A stretch of 64,000 bases of DNA from Clostridia bacterium (GTDB taxonomy: Bacteria > Bacillota > Clostridia > Oscillospirales > Acutalibacteraceae), in NCBI GenBank assembly GCA_017402845.1, contig JAFPLH010000028.1, positions 38,430 to 102,429 on the forward strand, read 5' to 3'. Made by a program: the position numbers and the translations under genes. Below, piece after piece: positions 1 through 8,631 of the stretch. The notes below the pieces were generated by a model that saw only the letters and a list, made by a program, of their open reading frames with translations, was not told where the DNA came from and made no database searches. Position 1 is the first letter of the stretch. The number at the start of each line of letters is the position of its first letter.

Positions 1-891
1 AGAATTTATAATATCCTTATTAATGTTGTTTTCAATATCCTTCTGAAGCCGCTTATCAAGCTGTTCTGTGCTTAAAGCAGGCTTTAGGTCTATTACGATC
101 CTATACTCACAGCACTTTTTCAGATTCATATGTGCGCTTGCACTAAGAACAACAGGACCGGTAACTCCGAAGTGCGTAAACATCATTTCACCGAAATCGG
201 AGTATACAGCTTTATTTTTGTCATTAAGAACTTTCAGCGAAATATTTTTAAGCGAAAGTCCTTGCAGATCGGCGCACCATTTTTCCTTAACAACGACAGG
301 CACAAGCGACGGCTTTACATCTGTAATAGTATGCCCTGCCTGTTTAGCTAAAGTATAGCCGTATCCGTCTGAACCCGTCTGAGGGTAAGAGCAGCCTCCG
401 CAGCAAACAATTACAGCGTCACCGTGATATGTACGTGTATCAGTTTTTACGCCGACTGCTTTTCCCTGTGATATCAGAAGTCCGGTAACATCTTCGTTTA
501 TAAGCTGAATATGAAGCTTTTTTATAAGCTTAAAAAAACAGTCTATAATATCCATAGACTTATCTGATACAGGAAAAACACGCTGTCCCCTCTCTGTTTT
601 GAGAGGTACTCCGTTAGTTTCAAAAAAGCTCATTGTATCTTGCGGAGAAAAAGCGGAAAATGCACTGTACAAAAAACGGCTGTTAGTAGTAACCGAGGCT
701 ATCAAAGTATCGGTATCGCAGTTATTTGTAACATTACACCTGCCTTTTCCCGTTATTAGAAGCTTTCTGCCAATTTTGGGATTTCTGTCAAACAGAAGCA
801 CCCTCATGCCCCTCTTTGCAAGAGTAACGGCAGCCATACAGCCGGAAGCGCCTGCGCCAACCACAATGACAGTTTTACTCGTCTGCGTCAT
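1..891 (-). CDS. HI0933/BaiN-like FAD-dependent oxidoreductase (N-terminal 297 codons; continues beyond window start)
   Basis: Manual reverse translation from the ATG at 889-891 gives MTQTSKTVIVVGAGASGCMAAVTLAKRGMRVLLFDRNPKIGRKLLITGKGRCNVTN. This has a GxGxxG fold and the GKGRCN motif. The first ~37 codons were translated base-by-base; the rest was read quickly with no stop noticed, so openness to position 1 needs confirming. It is absent from the ORF track because no stop lies in the window. It is a paralog of 53051-54337. Confidence 0.85.
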   Translation of the reverse strand, partial: MTQTSKTVIVVGAGASGCMAAVTLAKRGMRVLLFDRNPKIGRKLLITGKGRCNVTNNCDTDTLIASVTTNSRFLYSAFSAFSPQDTMSFFETNGVPLKTERGQRVFPVSDKSMDIIDCFFKLIKKLHIQLINEDVTGLLISQGKAVGVKTDTRTYHGDAVIVCCGGCSYPQTGSDGYGYTLAKQAGHTITDVKPSLVPVVVKEKWCADLQGLSLKNISLKVLNDKNKAVYSDFGEMMFTHFGVTGPVVLSASAHMNLKKCCEYRIVIDLKPALSTEQLDKRLQKDIENNINKDIINS

Positions 892-1780
892 CGGCTGCAC
901 TCTCCCCGTTCTTGATATAAAGATCGTATCTGTCCCAAATACTTTCAAGCTGTTTAAACGTCTGTGTTACCTCGTCACGCTTTTGTTCGACAGTTGCCAC
1001 TATCAATGCATTGATAAGACTAAGCGGCGCTACAAGAGAATCTACAACAGAAGCCATATCACTTTTTGCGATAAGCACACAATCAGATATTTTTGTAACA
1101 GGCGAGGTCATACTATCAGTAATAGCTATAACGTGTGCACCCTGTTGTGACGCAAAACGCATTGCCTCTACCGTTGAAGAAGAATACCTCGGAAAACTAA
1201 TACCTATCAATACATCTTGCTTGTCTATTCTGAAAAGCTGCTCATACATCTGAGTTTTACTTGTAGTTTCTATGATCTTCACATTTCCGAAGATCAGCTC
1301 GAAATAATAGCCCAGAAATCTTGCAAGCGCAAAAGAGCTTTTTACAGCAAATATATAAATTGTTCTTGCATTTACAATAGCGTCAACCGCTTTTACAAAG
1401 GACTCGTCATTATTTTCGTCCATTGTCTTTTTTATCAGTTTAATATCCTGATTCAAAACACTTGTAAGCACATCGCCGTAATCTATTCTGTTAGAAGCTA
1501 CATCTATTCTTTGAACGGAAGTAAGCTTGTCACGAATCATCTCCTGCATAGCAAGCTGTAATTCGGGATATCCCTCATAACCTATCTCCGCTGCAAAACG
1601 AACTACTGTCGATTCGCTCACGCCTACATTTTCTCCAAGCCTTGAAGCGGTCATATAAGCGGCTTTGTCGTAATGTGATTCTATATATTCCGCTATAAGC
1701 TTTTGTCCCTTTGAAAGACCGCTTCTTGATGCGTTTATTCTCTCCAATAAATTCTTATTCATATTTATCACCCGAAACAC
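875..1780 (-). CDS. MurR/RpiR family transcriptional regulator (HTH + SIS domain)
   Basis: 301-aa ORF with an N-terminal RpiR-type HTH (GQKLIAEYIESHYDKAAYMTASRLGENVGVSESTVVRFA) and a C-terminal SIS-like region. It overlaps the downstream flavoprotein start by 17 nt. Confidence 0.85.
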   Translation of the reverse strand: MFRVINMNKNLLERINASRSGLSKGQKLIAEYIESHYDKAAYMTASRLGENVGVSESTVVRFAAEIGYEGYPELQLAMQEMIRDKLTSVQRIDVASNRIDYGDVLTSVLNQDIKLIKKTMDENNDESFVKAVDAIVNARTIYIFAVKSSFALARFLGYYFELIFGNVKIIETTSKTQMYEQLFRIDKQDVLIGISFPRYSSSTVEAMRFASQQGAHVIAITDSMTSPVTKISDCVLIAKSDMASVVDSLVAPLSLINALIVATVEQKRDEVTQTFKQLESIWDRYDLYIKNGESAADDADE

Positions 1781-1826
1781 ATATAATGATCGTTAAGAAA
1801 GCTCTATTTATTTCCGGCTCTCAGAG

Positions 1827-3149
1827 CTAATTCTCCTCATCATCTTCGACAAACCATTCTTCGTCATCATCTTCGTCATCAGCAACTATATGACCGTCCT
1901 CATAAGCAACTCTCGGCAGTGGATCTACTCTGACATTAGCCTCTGTTGCAAAGCCGAGCTTTACAAGTCTGTTGTTGACCTTTTCGCCGCATATCTGATA
2001 TATTACCGCAAATACAGGCACACCGAGAAGCATTCCGACAAACCCGAAAAGCCCTGCGCCCACGAGTACGCTGAACATGATCCAGAAGCCTGAAATACCA
2101 AGCTGATTTCCGAGAATTTTCGGACCTATAAAGTTTCCGTCAATCTGCTGCAAAACAATTATTATTATTCCAAAGATAAGCGCCTGTATCGGATTTATCA
2201 TTACCAAAAGAATAACACCGGGAATTGCTCCTATAATAGGGCCAAAAAACGGAATTATATTTGTTACGCCCACAAACACGCTTAAAAGTACTGCGTATTC
2301 TATTCCGAAGATCTGAAGCACGATAAAGCAGAGCAAGCCTAAAATAGTTGAGTCTATGAGTTTACCGTACAAGAATTTACCAACTTTATTATTGCAGATA
2401 TCGACAGTTCTCAATACTCTGCCGAGAAATTTCTGCGGTACTAAAGAATAAGTTATTTTCTTTATCTGATTCATCAGCGTTTCTTTGTTTGCAAGATAGT
2501 ATATTGATATGATAACACTGATAATGAAGTTATAGAATACATTATAAACATTCTTTGTAAAGTCGAAAATATGCGGAAACAGGTAATTTGTCAAGCCCTG
2601 TACTATTGTATTAAGATCGACAATATTTGCAGCTTCACTTGAACTGCCGCCCGTATACTGCGCTATGAACGAGTTTATGTCTGCAAATATATCAGACATA
2701 AATTCATACTCAAAGCCGAACCTTGCAGCAACCTTAAACACCCATTCCTGAAAAGAGGTGTAATAAACACCGAAATTATCTATAACTCCCTGCAAGCTGT
2801 TTGTGATCTGCGGTATGATTATACTTAAAAGAAAAACTATTACAGCAAACAGTATCGAATAGGTGATTATCAAAGAAAGCGGTTTACGAAGCTTAACCAA
2901 AAACTCATCTGCTTTATTTTTTATCTGCTTCGGCTCTATATCCATAAAGACAAACGCTTTATTCATAAAGAACATATAAGGTATATTCAAAACGTATGCC
3001 AATACAAATCCTACCAGAAACGGGGTAAGAACCTTAAATATATGTTTTACTACCGTAACAAATATATCAAGCCTTGTAAGCAGCAATACCATTATTGCAG
3101 CAAAGGCGATCAAAGACAAAATAGATCTGAAAGTCCCTTTGGACATCAA
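1827..3149 (-). CDS. AI-2E family (PerM/UPF0118) transporter
   Basis: 440-aa polytopic membrane ORF. The C-terminal NIIPFFGPIIGAIPG and DGNFIGPKILG motifs are typical of the AI-2E family. It has an acidic tail. Confidence 0.8.
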   Translation of the reverse strand: MMSKGTFRSILSLIAFAAIMVLLLTRLDIFVTVVKHIFKVLTPFLVGFVLAYVLNIPYMFFMNKAFVFMDIEPKQIKNKADEFLVKLRKPLSLIITYSILFAVIVFLLSIIIPQITNSLQGVIDNFGVYYTSFQEWVFKVAARFGFEYEFMSDIFADINSFIAQYTGGSSSEAANIVDLNTIVQGLTNYLFPHIFDFTKNVYNVFYNFIISVIISIYYLANKETLMNQIKKITYSLVPQKFLGRVLRTVDICNNKVGKFLYGKLIDSTILGLLCFIVLQIFGIEYAVLLSVFVGVTNIIPFFGPIIGAIPGVILLVMINPIQALIFGIIIIVLQQIDGNFIGPKILGNQLGISGFWIMFSVLVGAGLFGFVGMLLGVPVFAVIYQICGEKVNNRLVKLGFATEANVRVDPLPRVAYEDGHIVADDEDDDEEWFVEDDEEN

Positions 3150-3254
3150 TACACCTCCAAAAAAGCTTTTAGCACATCAGTAATTATTCACTTGAATTAT
3201 ATAATATACCAAAAATTAAAAATTGTAAAGCAAATAAAAAAATTTTTACATTTA

Positions 3255-3416
3255 GGGCACCTCTAAAAACCTCGCACCACCAATCTGCGCCGTATCTTCA
3301 GCCGTCATATTGCATAAAAATTCTTGACATACGTCAGTATGCCGGCGATTTTGTTGTGCAACCTCCCGACTAAATCTACGGCACATCTGAACGACGGCAG
3401 GTTTTTAGAGATGCCC
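3255..3416 (-). mobile_element. 162-bp hairpin MITE, family 1, copy A (TSD TTTA/TTTA at 3251-3254 and 3417-3420)
   Basis: Near-identical to 20382-20543, 51079-51240 and 55974-56137. It has long imperfect inverted arms and a flanking perfect 4-bp direct repeat. It sits in the intergenic gap between two minus-strand genes. Confidence 0.85.
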
Positions 3417-3440
3417 TTTACACAATAAACCTGCATATAG

Positions 3441-3472
3441 AAAAAATGCGGCAGCACAATAATGCCGCCGCA
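3441..3472 (-). terminator. Rho-independent terminator downstream of the Met-gamma-lyase-family gene
   Basis: On the minus strand the sequence reads GCGGCGGCAttattgtgcTGCCGCA followed by TTTTTT. Confidence 0.7.
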
Positions 3473-3476
3473 AATA

Positions 3477-4763
3477 TCATAATAATCCGTTCTCCAAAAG
3501 TCCTGCCTCGTAAAGCTTTTGAACAGACATCATTATTCCAAGCTTTGCATGATACCAGGTCAATCCGCCCTGAAAATAAACTGCATATGGTTCTCTTATA
3601 GGTCCGTCTGCGCTAAGCTCAATAGACGAGCCCTGTACAAATGCACCCGCTGCCATAATGACCTCGCTGTCATAACCCGGCATTGCCCAAGGTTCGGGTG
3701 TAACATAGCTGTCAACGGGAGCTGCCGCCTGAATACCCTTGCAAAACGCAAGCATTCTCTCTTTTGAGCCAAGCTCTACGGCTTGTATAATATCGTGTCT
3801 GCTCTCAACGCTGTTCGGCACAACCCTGAACCCAAGCTTTTCATAACAGCGAGCCGCAAAGATCGCACCCTTTAACGCACCTGCCACAACCGTGGGAGCC
3901 ATAAAAAAGCCTTGATAAAACGCCGGCATTATACCAAGATTTGCGCCAACCTCCTGACCAAGTCCGGGGGCGCTCAGTCTGTATGCGCATTTTTCGATAC
4001 ACTCGGCTGTACCGCAGATATATCCGCCTATCGGAGCAAGACCGCCGCCCGGATTTTTTATCAGCGAACCTACTATCATATCTGCCCCGACATCTGACGG
4101 CTCTGTTTTCTCTACAAACTCGCCGTAGCAGTTATCTACCATACAAATAATATCAGGCTTTATACTCTTTACAAAAGAGATAAGCTCTCCTATCTGCGTT
4201 ACCGAAAAAGTTGGTCTTGTCTGATAACCCTTTGAACGCTGTATAGTTACCATTCTTGTTTTTTCGTTTATTGCTCTTTTTATGCCTTCATAGTCGAAAG
4301 TGCCGTCTTTGAGCAGATCGACTTGTGCATATGTAATACCGAACTCTTTCAGTGAGCATTTCGATTCTCTGATACCTATAACTTCTTCAAGCGTATCGTA
4401 GGGCTTTCCGACAGGTGACAAAAGCTCGTCGCCCGGACGCAGAATTGCAGACAATGCAACCGCAAGAGCATGAGTGCCGCAGGTTATCTGCGGGCGTACA
4501 AGAGCTGCTTCGGTGTTAAAGCAGCAAGCATATACCTTTTCGAGATTATCTCTGCCTACATCATCATAACCGTAACCCGTTGTTGCAGCAAAGCATACAG
4601 CATTAACCCTGTTCTCCTGCATTGCAGAAATTACCTTGCATTGGTTATACTCTGCTGTTTCGTCTATTCCGATAAATCTTTCTTTAAGCTCGTCCAATAC
4701 TTTCTCGCTGAAAGACAATACCTCATCACATATTCCTAATTTGTTATAAATTTTATTATCCAT
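3477..4763 (-). CDS. methionine gamma-lyase family / aluminium-resistance (YnbB-like) PLP enzyme
   Basis: 428-aa ORF with the hallmark GSLIKNPGGGLAPIGGYICG segment and the QITCGTHAL motif of this family. Confidence 0.85.
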   Translation of the reverse strand: MDNKIYNKLGICDEVLSFSEKVLDELKERFIGIDETAEYNQCKVISAMQENRVNAVCFAATTGYGYDDVGRDNLEKVYACCFNTEAALVRPQITCGTHALAVALSAILRPGDELLSPVGKPYDTLEEVIGIRESKCSLKEFGITYAQVDLLKDGTFDYEGIKRAINEKTRMVTIQRSKGYQTRPTFSVTQIGELISFVKSIKPDIICMVDNCYGEFVEKTEPSDVGADMIVGSLIKNPGGGLAPIGGYICGTAECIEKCAYRLSAPGLGQEVGANLGIMPAFYQGFFMAPTVVAGALKGAIFAARCYEKLGFRVVPNSVESRHDIIQAVELGSKERMLAFCKGIQAAAPVDSYVTPEPWAMPGYDSEVIMAAGAFVQGSSIELSADGPIREPYAVYFQGGLTWYHAKLGIMMSVQKLYEAGLLENGLL

Positions 4764-4775
4764 ATTTATTTTCCC

Positions 4776-4958
4776 TTAATTTTGTTTCTGTACGATTTTA
4801 TACTCATCACCTAATCTGAAATACGGACAGCCTTTCGACTTATCACGAATGTATCTGTACATATCGTCTTCGTCCATATTCACTATACACTCGTAACATT
4901 CGTATTCTTCGTCATACTCGTAATTTACGCAGTAATCACAGTTTGATTTTACGCTCAC
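4776..4958 (-). CDS. small acidic Cys-rich protein (CxxC...CxxC...C), function unknown
   Basis: 60-aa ORF with a GTG start and a GGTGGTGA-like RBS upstream. It contains C7/C10, C21/C24 and C44 and is tightly packed between flanking genes. Confidence 0.55.
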   Translation of the reverse strand: MSVKSNCDYCVNYEYDEEYECYECIVNMDEDDMYRYIRDKSKGCPYFRLGDEYKIVQKQN

Positions 4959-5014
4959 GGTATCACCACCCGATTAACTATTATACCATATATAAGAAAA
5001 ATTGCAACATCATT

Positions 5015-5401
5015 TTATCGTATAAATTCACTGACAACATTCAGCACATCTATAAAAATCGGAAGCGACGGTATAAGTATCAAAAGCTTTCCTGCTATCT
5101 CCAACTGTGAGGCTATGGACTGAGCTCCGTTTTCTCTGCATACGTTAGCCGATATTTGCGTAACAAAGCATATTCCCAATGCTTTAACAAGCGCAGATAT
5201 ATATTCGTTTTTTATTTTTGCCGTACTCATAAGCTCGTTTAATGCCGTAAATGCGCCCGATAAAAAGGGTAATGTCATTACAGACAATATTACCGCCGCC
5301 GAGATCATCAGAAGCGACGCTGTTTCTGCATTGTATTTTCTTAGCGCAAGCGCACATACAGACGCAAACACCGATATTACACAAACTGAAATAATATTCA
5401 T
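5015..5401 (-). CDS. spoIIIAD: stage III sporulation protein AD
   Basis: 128-aa four-TM protein. Its position after AC and its size and hydrophobic pattern are typical of SpoIIIAD. Confidence 0.85.
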   Translation of the reverse strand: MNIISVCVISVFASVCALALRKYNAETASLLMISAAVILSVMTLPFLSGAFTALNELMSTAKIKNEYISALVKALGICFVTQISANVCRENGAQSIASQLEIAGKLLILIPSLPIFIDVLNVVSEFIR

Positions 5402-5403
5402 AG

Positions 5404-5598
5404 CTACAACCCGAACACCGACTTTACCGACGCAAACAGGCTGCTTACCTGCTGTATCACCATTGACAAAACTATAACCAAACCTGCAAGAGCTGTCATC
5501 ATAGCCTGATCTTCACGCCCTGCACGAGTGAGCACCTGATTTATCACAGCAACTATCATACCGATAGCGGCAATTCTGAAAAGCAAGTCTATTTCCAT
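5404..5598 (-). CDS. spoIIIAC: stage III sporulation protein AC
   Basis: 64-aa two-TM protein (MEIDLLFRIAAIGMIVAVINQVLTRAGREDQAMM...), characteristic of SpoIIIAC. Confidence 0.9.
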   Translation of the reverse strand: MEIDLLFRIAAIGMIVAVINQVLTRAGREDQAMMTALAGLVIVLSMVIQQVSSLFASVKSVFGL

Positions 5599-5614
5599 TA
5601 TATTATCAGTCCTT

Positions 5615-6124
5615 CTATATCATTAATATTACTGCCGCAAAGCCAATATAAAGCGAAGTAACAAAATATACCTTTGAATTTTTCTGTCTGTTCTCCTGTG
5701 CAAGCCCGATATAATGATCAAGCTGTATTATCGCACTGTCTGTTATTTCTCTTACCGACGTACTATCCGCTGCGCCCAGTGACGACAGCACATCTGTTAT
5801 AAGCTGTTTTTCGCAGTCTTGGAGTACGCACAAAAGCGGTGTATCAGCAACAGCAGATATCACGCTTTCATTTATGGTATAACCGCCCGACAAGCTATTA
5901 TACATATTATCTGTAAACGGCTTTAAATACTGTGTGCCGCAGTTGCTTATCAGATCGCACATTGTAGGCATTTCGTAAGTTATCCGGCGTTTAATCTCAC
6001 TTAACAACTGCTTTAATTCGATGAGCAGTTCTTCTCTTTGTGAAAGTCTTTTTGAAAGCATTATACCGGTAAGCCACGATGTAAGAATTATAAGAACTGC
6101 GCCTATTATCTTCATATTATTCAT
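5615..6124 (-). CDS. spoIIIAB: stage III sporulation protein AB
   Basis: 169-aa ORF with an N-terminal TM segment. Its start overlaps the spoIIIAA stop (ATGAATAA), and operon position supports the call. Confidence 0.8.
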   Translation of the reverse strand: MNNMKIIGAVLIILTSWLTGIMLSKRLSQREELLIELKQLLSEIKRRITYEMPTMCDLISNCGTQYLKPFTDNMYNSLSGGYTINESVISAVADTPLLCVLQDCEKQLITDVLSSLGAADSTSVREITDSAIIQLDHYIGLAQENRQKNSKVYFVTSLYIGFAAVILMI

Positions 6125-7043
6125 AAAGCTTTTGTATATCTCCGATATTATAAACTGCGTCTATTTTTCCGATAATACTTCTGTTTAAAAATACTACCTT
6201 ATTAAATGCGCCTGTTTTAAGCAAACGAAAAAGCGATACATTTTTAAGCCCATTTTCTAAGCTGTCACAATGAACTGAGGCTATCATTTTTACTCCGTAA
6301 TTCACGGTAAAACACACGCTTTCTATATCTTCGCCGGTCAGCTCGTCGCATACGATAAAATCAGGCGACATTGTTCTTACAGCGCAAATTACAGCTTTTT
6401 GTTTTGGATAACCACAGTAAATATCGCAAAGTCCCAAGTCAAAGCCGTTTGATGTGTGTGAATACGCTGACAGCTCTCCCCTCTCGTCAACTACTGATAC
6501 CTTCAGCATTTTTTCAGTACTGAATAATCTTGAAATATCCCTGAGCATTGTTGTTTTCCCCGTTGACGGCACACCGCAAATCAAAATTCCGCCCTCACAG
6601 CCGGCAATATCTGCAAGCTTTCGTGAACAGCCTTTATATTCACGGGCAATTCTGATATTAAGCGAGGTTATATCTCTCACACTTCGCATAATACCATTTT
6701 CGCCTACGTATGTACCACAAATGCCGATCCTGTGTCCGCCGTTTACGGTAATAAAGCCGTTATTGATATCATTTTGAAAGCGATATACCGAATATGAACA
6801 CAACTGAGCAAATGCGTCTTTTATCAGAGCTTCACTTACTGTTATGTACTCGTTTTTTGCATTATCAAGCTCTAATGCTGTTAAGCCTTGTTTTGTCACC
6901 GCATACGGTATATTTTGCTTGTACACAACAACGCTTTTTTCTTTGCGTATGCGTATTTCACTGATATCATCTTGTGCATCTTTCAGTGCATTGTACAATT
7001 CTGTGCCAAAACACTTTATTATTGATAATACCGATCTGTCCAT
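6117..7043 (-). CDS. spoIIIAA: stage III sporulation protein AA (AAA-type ATPase)
   Basis: Walker A motif GVPSTGKTT. The start was moved to MDRSV (7043) because an AAGGAAG RBS lies 7 nt upstream. The longer ORF start at 7085 lies inside repeat-derived sequence. Confidence 0.85.
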   Translation of the reverse strand: MDRSVLSIIKCFGTELYNALKDAQDDISEIRIRKEKSVVVYKQNIPYAVTKQGLTALELDNAKNEYITVSEALIKDAFAQLCSYSVYRFQNDINNGFITVNGGHRIGICGTYVGENGIMRSVRDITSLNIRIAREYKGCSRKLADIAGCEGGILICGVPSTGKTTMLRDISRLFSTEKMLKVSVVDERGELSAYSHTSNGFDLGLCDIYCGYPKQKAVICAVRTMSPDFIVCDELTGEDIESVCFTVNYGVKMIASVHCDSLENGLKNVSLFRLLKTGAFNKVVFLNRSIIGKIDAVYNIGDIQKLYE

Positions 7044-7107
7044 ATATTTCACTTCCTTGAGAGCATATTTATGGCAACACCGCACACATTCAGACGATCG
7101 AACTGTG

Positions 7108-7143
7108 TACTCAGACCGCAGGACGTGATTTATTCAGTGTTTC
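7108..7143 (+). repeat. solo right-end fragment of the family-2 hairpin element
   Basis: CTCAGACCGCAGGACGTGATTTATTCAGTGTTTCC matches the right arm of 34477-34646 (CTCAGTCCACAGGACGTGATTTATTCAGTGGTTCC). Confidence 0.7.
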
Positions 7144-7150
7144 CTTAAAT

Positions 7151-7180
7151 AATATATGATAGTATCATCTGAAATATTCC
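7151..7180 (-). promoter_or_regulatory. sigma-E-like sporulation promoter for spoIIIAA
   Basis: The minus strand reads GGAATATT-N14-CATATATT. This resembles my recollection of the mother-cell sigma-E consensus (ATATT ... CATACA-T). It lies ~105 nt upstream of the spoIIIAA ATG. Confidence 0.4.
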
Positions 7181-7199
7181 ATTACCGGCTGAATACACA

Positions 7200-7245
7200 A
7201 AGAAAAAAGCAATAAGAAAACTCATTTTTAGCTTTCTTATTGCTT
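7200..7245 (-). terminator. Rho-independent terminator downstream of pdp
   Basis: AGCAATAAGAAA...TTTCTTATTGCT forms a 12-bp stem, followed on the minus strand by TTTTTTCT. Confidence 0.7.
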
Positions 7246-7282
7246 GTAATCATTCAATTATTTCATTGTTATCAGATATACC

Positions 7283-7316
7283 GTAGATTTAGCCGGCAGG
7301 TTCCTTAGAGATACCC
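7283..7316. repeat. rearranged 34-bp remnant of the family-1 hairpin MITE
   Basis: CCGTAGATTTAGCCGGCAGG matches an internal left-arm segment. It is fused to TTCCTTAGAGATACCC, which matches the inverted element terminus (TTTTTAGAGATGCCC). It abuts the pdp stop codon. Confidence 0.6.
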
Positions 7317-7317
7317 A

Positions 7318-8619
7318 TTATTGAATTATTTTGTATATAAGCGGTTTCGGCTGCGGTTTTTCCTCAGAAAACTCTACTGCCGACAAAAACTGCGCCTTTG
7401 CACCGTCAAGCTTTTCGGGCGTGTTGGTATAAAGCTTTGCAAGAATTTCGCCTTTATTGACATGATCTCCCGTTTTTCTGCACAACTCAATACCTGCACT
7501 GTGGTCTATACTGTCTTCTTTTTTCTCTCTGCCTGCGCCTAACGCATTTGCAGCAAGACCGATAGCTTCACAATTCATATCTGAAATAAATCCTTCACAC
7601 TCCGATATTACATCAAAACAAAACTCAGCTTTTTTAAACTTTGACGTATCAATGAGATATGAAGCGTCACCGCCCTGTGCGGAAACTATTTCTTTCAGCT
7701 TTTCAAATGCTTTTCCGCTTTCAACTGCCTGCTTTGCAAGTATACGACATTCCTCAACAGTCTTTGAAGATGTAAGAGAATACATATTTGCAGCAAGCTC
7801 AATACACAGCTCGTAAAGATCGCCCTTCTGTTCATTTTTAAGTACACTTACCGCTTCGATAATTTCAAGAGTGTTTCCTACCATAAAACCAAGCGGAATA
7901 TCCATATCGGTAATAAGTGCAGTTATCCTTTTACCGCACAGCTTTCCTATGCGGATCATGGACTCGGCAAGCTTCTGAGCGTCGTCTGTGTTCTTCATAA
8001 AAGCGCCGCTGCCGCATTTAACGTCGAGTATGATACAATCGCTGCCAGACGCTATTTTTTTACTCATAATACTTGACGTGATCAGCGGTACACTTTCAAC
8101 CGTTGCAGTAACGTCACGCAATGCATAAAGCTTTTTGTCTGCTGCTGCAATATTTTTGCTTTGACCTATCATTGCAGCTCCTGTTTTATTGATAATATCA
8201 ATAAATTCATCAGGATCTACTGCTGTTCTGAATCCCGGAATAGATTCAAGCTTATCAACAGTACCGCCTGTATGACCAAGCGCTCTGCCGCTCATTTTTG
8301 CCGCATGAGCTCCCAAAGCCGCGGCGATAGGTACTACGATAACAGTAGTTTTATCTCCTACTCCGCCTGTTGAGTGTTTATCAACTGTCAAGCCATTAAC
8401 AGTTGACAGATCAACTCTCTCTCCGGAATCTGCCATAGCAAGAGTCAGATCGGTAGTTTCACGGTCTGTCATACCGTTCAGAAAAACAGCCATAAGCAGT
8501 GCGGACGCCTGATAATCAGCGATCGTACCGTCTGTAACACCCTTTACAAAATATTCTATCTCCTGCTGCGTAAGCTCTTTTCTGTCTCTTTTTTTTGCGA
8601 TAATATCAATAATATCCAT
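7318..8619 (-). CDS. pdp: pyrimidine-nucleoside (thymidine) phosphorylase
   Basis: Contains DKHSTGGVGD, SGRALGHTGGT and the rest of the family pattern. The start was set at MDIIDII (AGGAG plus 8 nt), not at the GTG 9 nt upstream. Confidence 0.9.
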   Translation of the reverse strand: MDIIDIIAKKRDRKELTQQEIEYFVKGVTDGTIADYQASALLMAVFLNGMTDRETTDLTLAMADSGERVDLSTVNGLTVDKHSTGGVGDKTTVIVVPIAAALGAHAAKMSGRALGHTGGTVDKLESIPGFRTAVDPDEFIDIINKTGAAMIGQSKNIAAADKKLYALRDVTATVESVPLITSSIMSKKIASGSDCIILDVKCGSGAFMKNTDDAQKLAESMIRIGKLCGKRITALITDMDIPLGFMVGNTLEIIEAVSVLKNEQKGDLYELCIELAANMYSLTSSKTVEECRILAKQAVESGKAFEKLKEIVSAQGGDASYLIDTSKFKKAEFCFDVISECEGFISDMNCEAIGLAANALGAGREKKEDSIDHSAGIELCRKTGDHVNKGEILAKLYTNTPEKLDGAKAQFLSAVEFSEEKPQPKPLIYKIIQ

Positions 8620-8631
8620 ACCAAACACTCC

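Noticed and set aside
599-1253. Plus-strand ORFs 599..1150 and 1011..1253, and similar antisense ORFs throughout (e.g. 19243..19857, 32178..32744, 42470..42937, 52431..52889, 61350..61889)
   Set aside because: Each overlaps, on the opposite strand, a gene with clear family motifs. Their composition is atypical and none has a convincing RBS.
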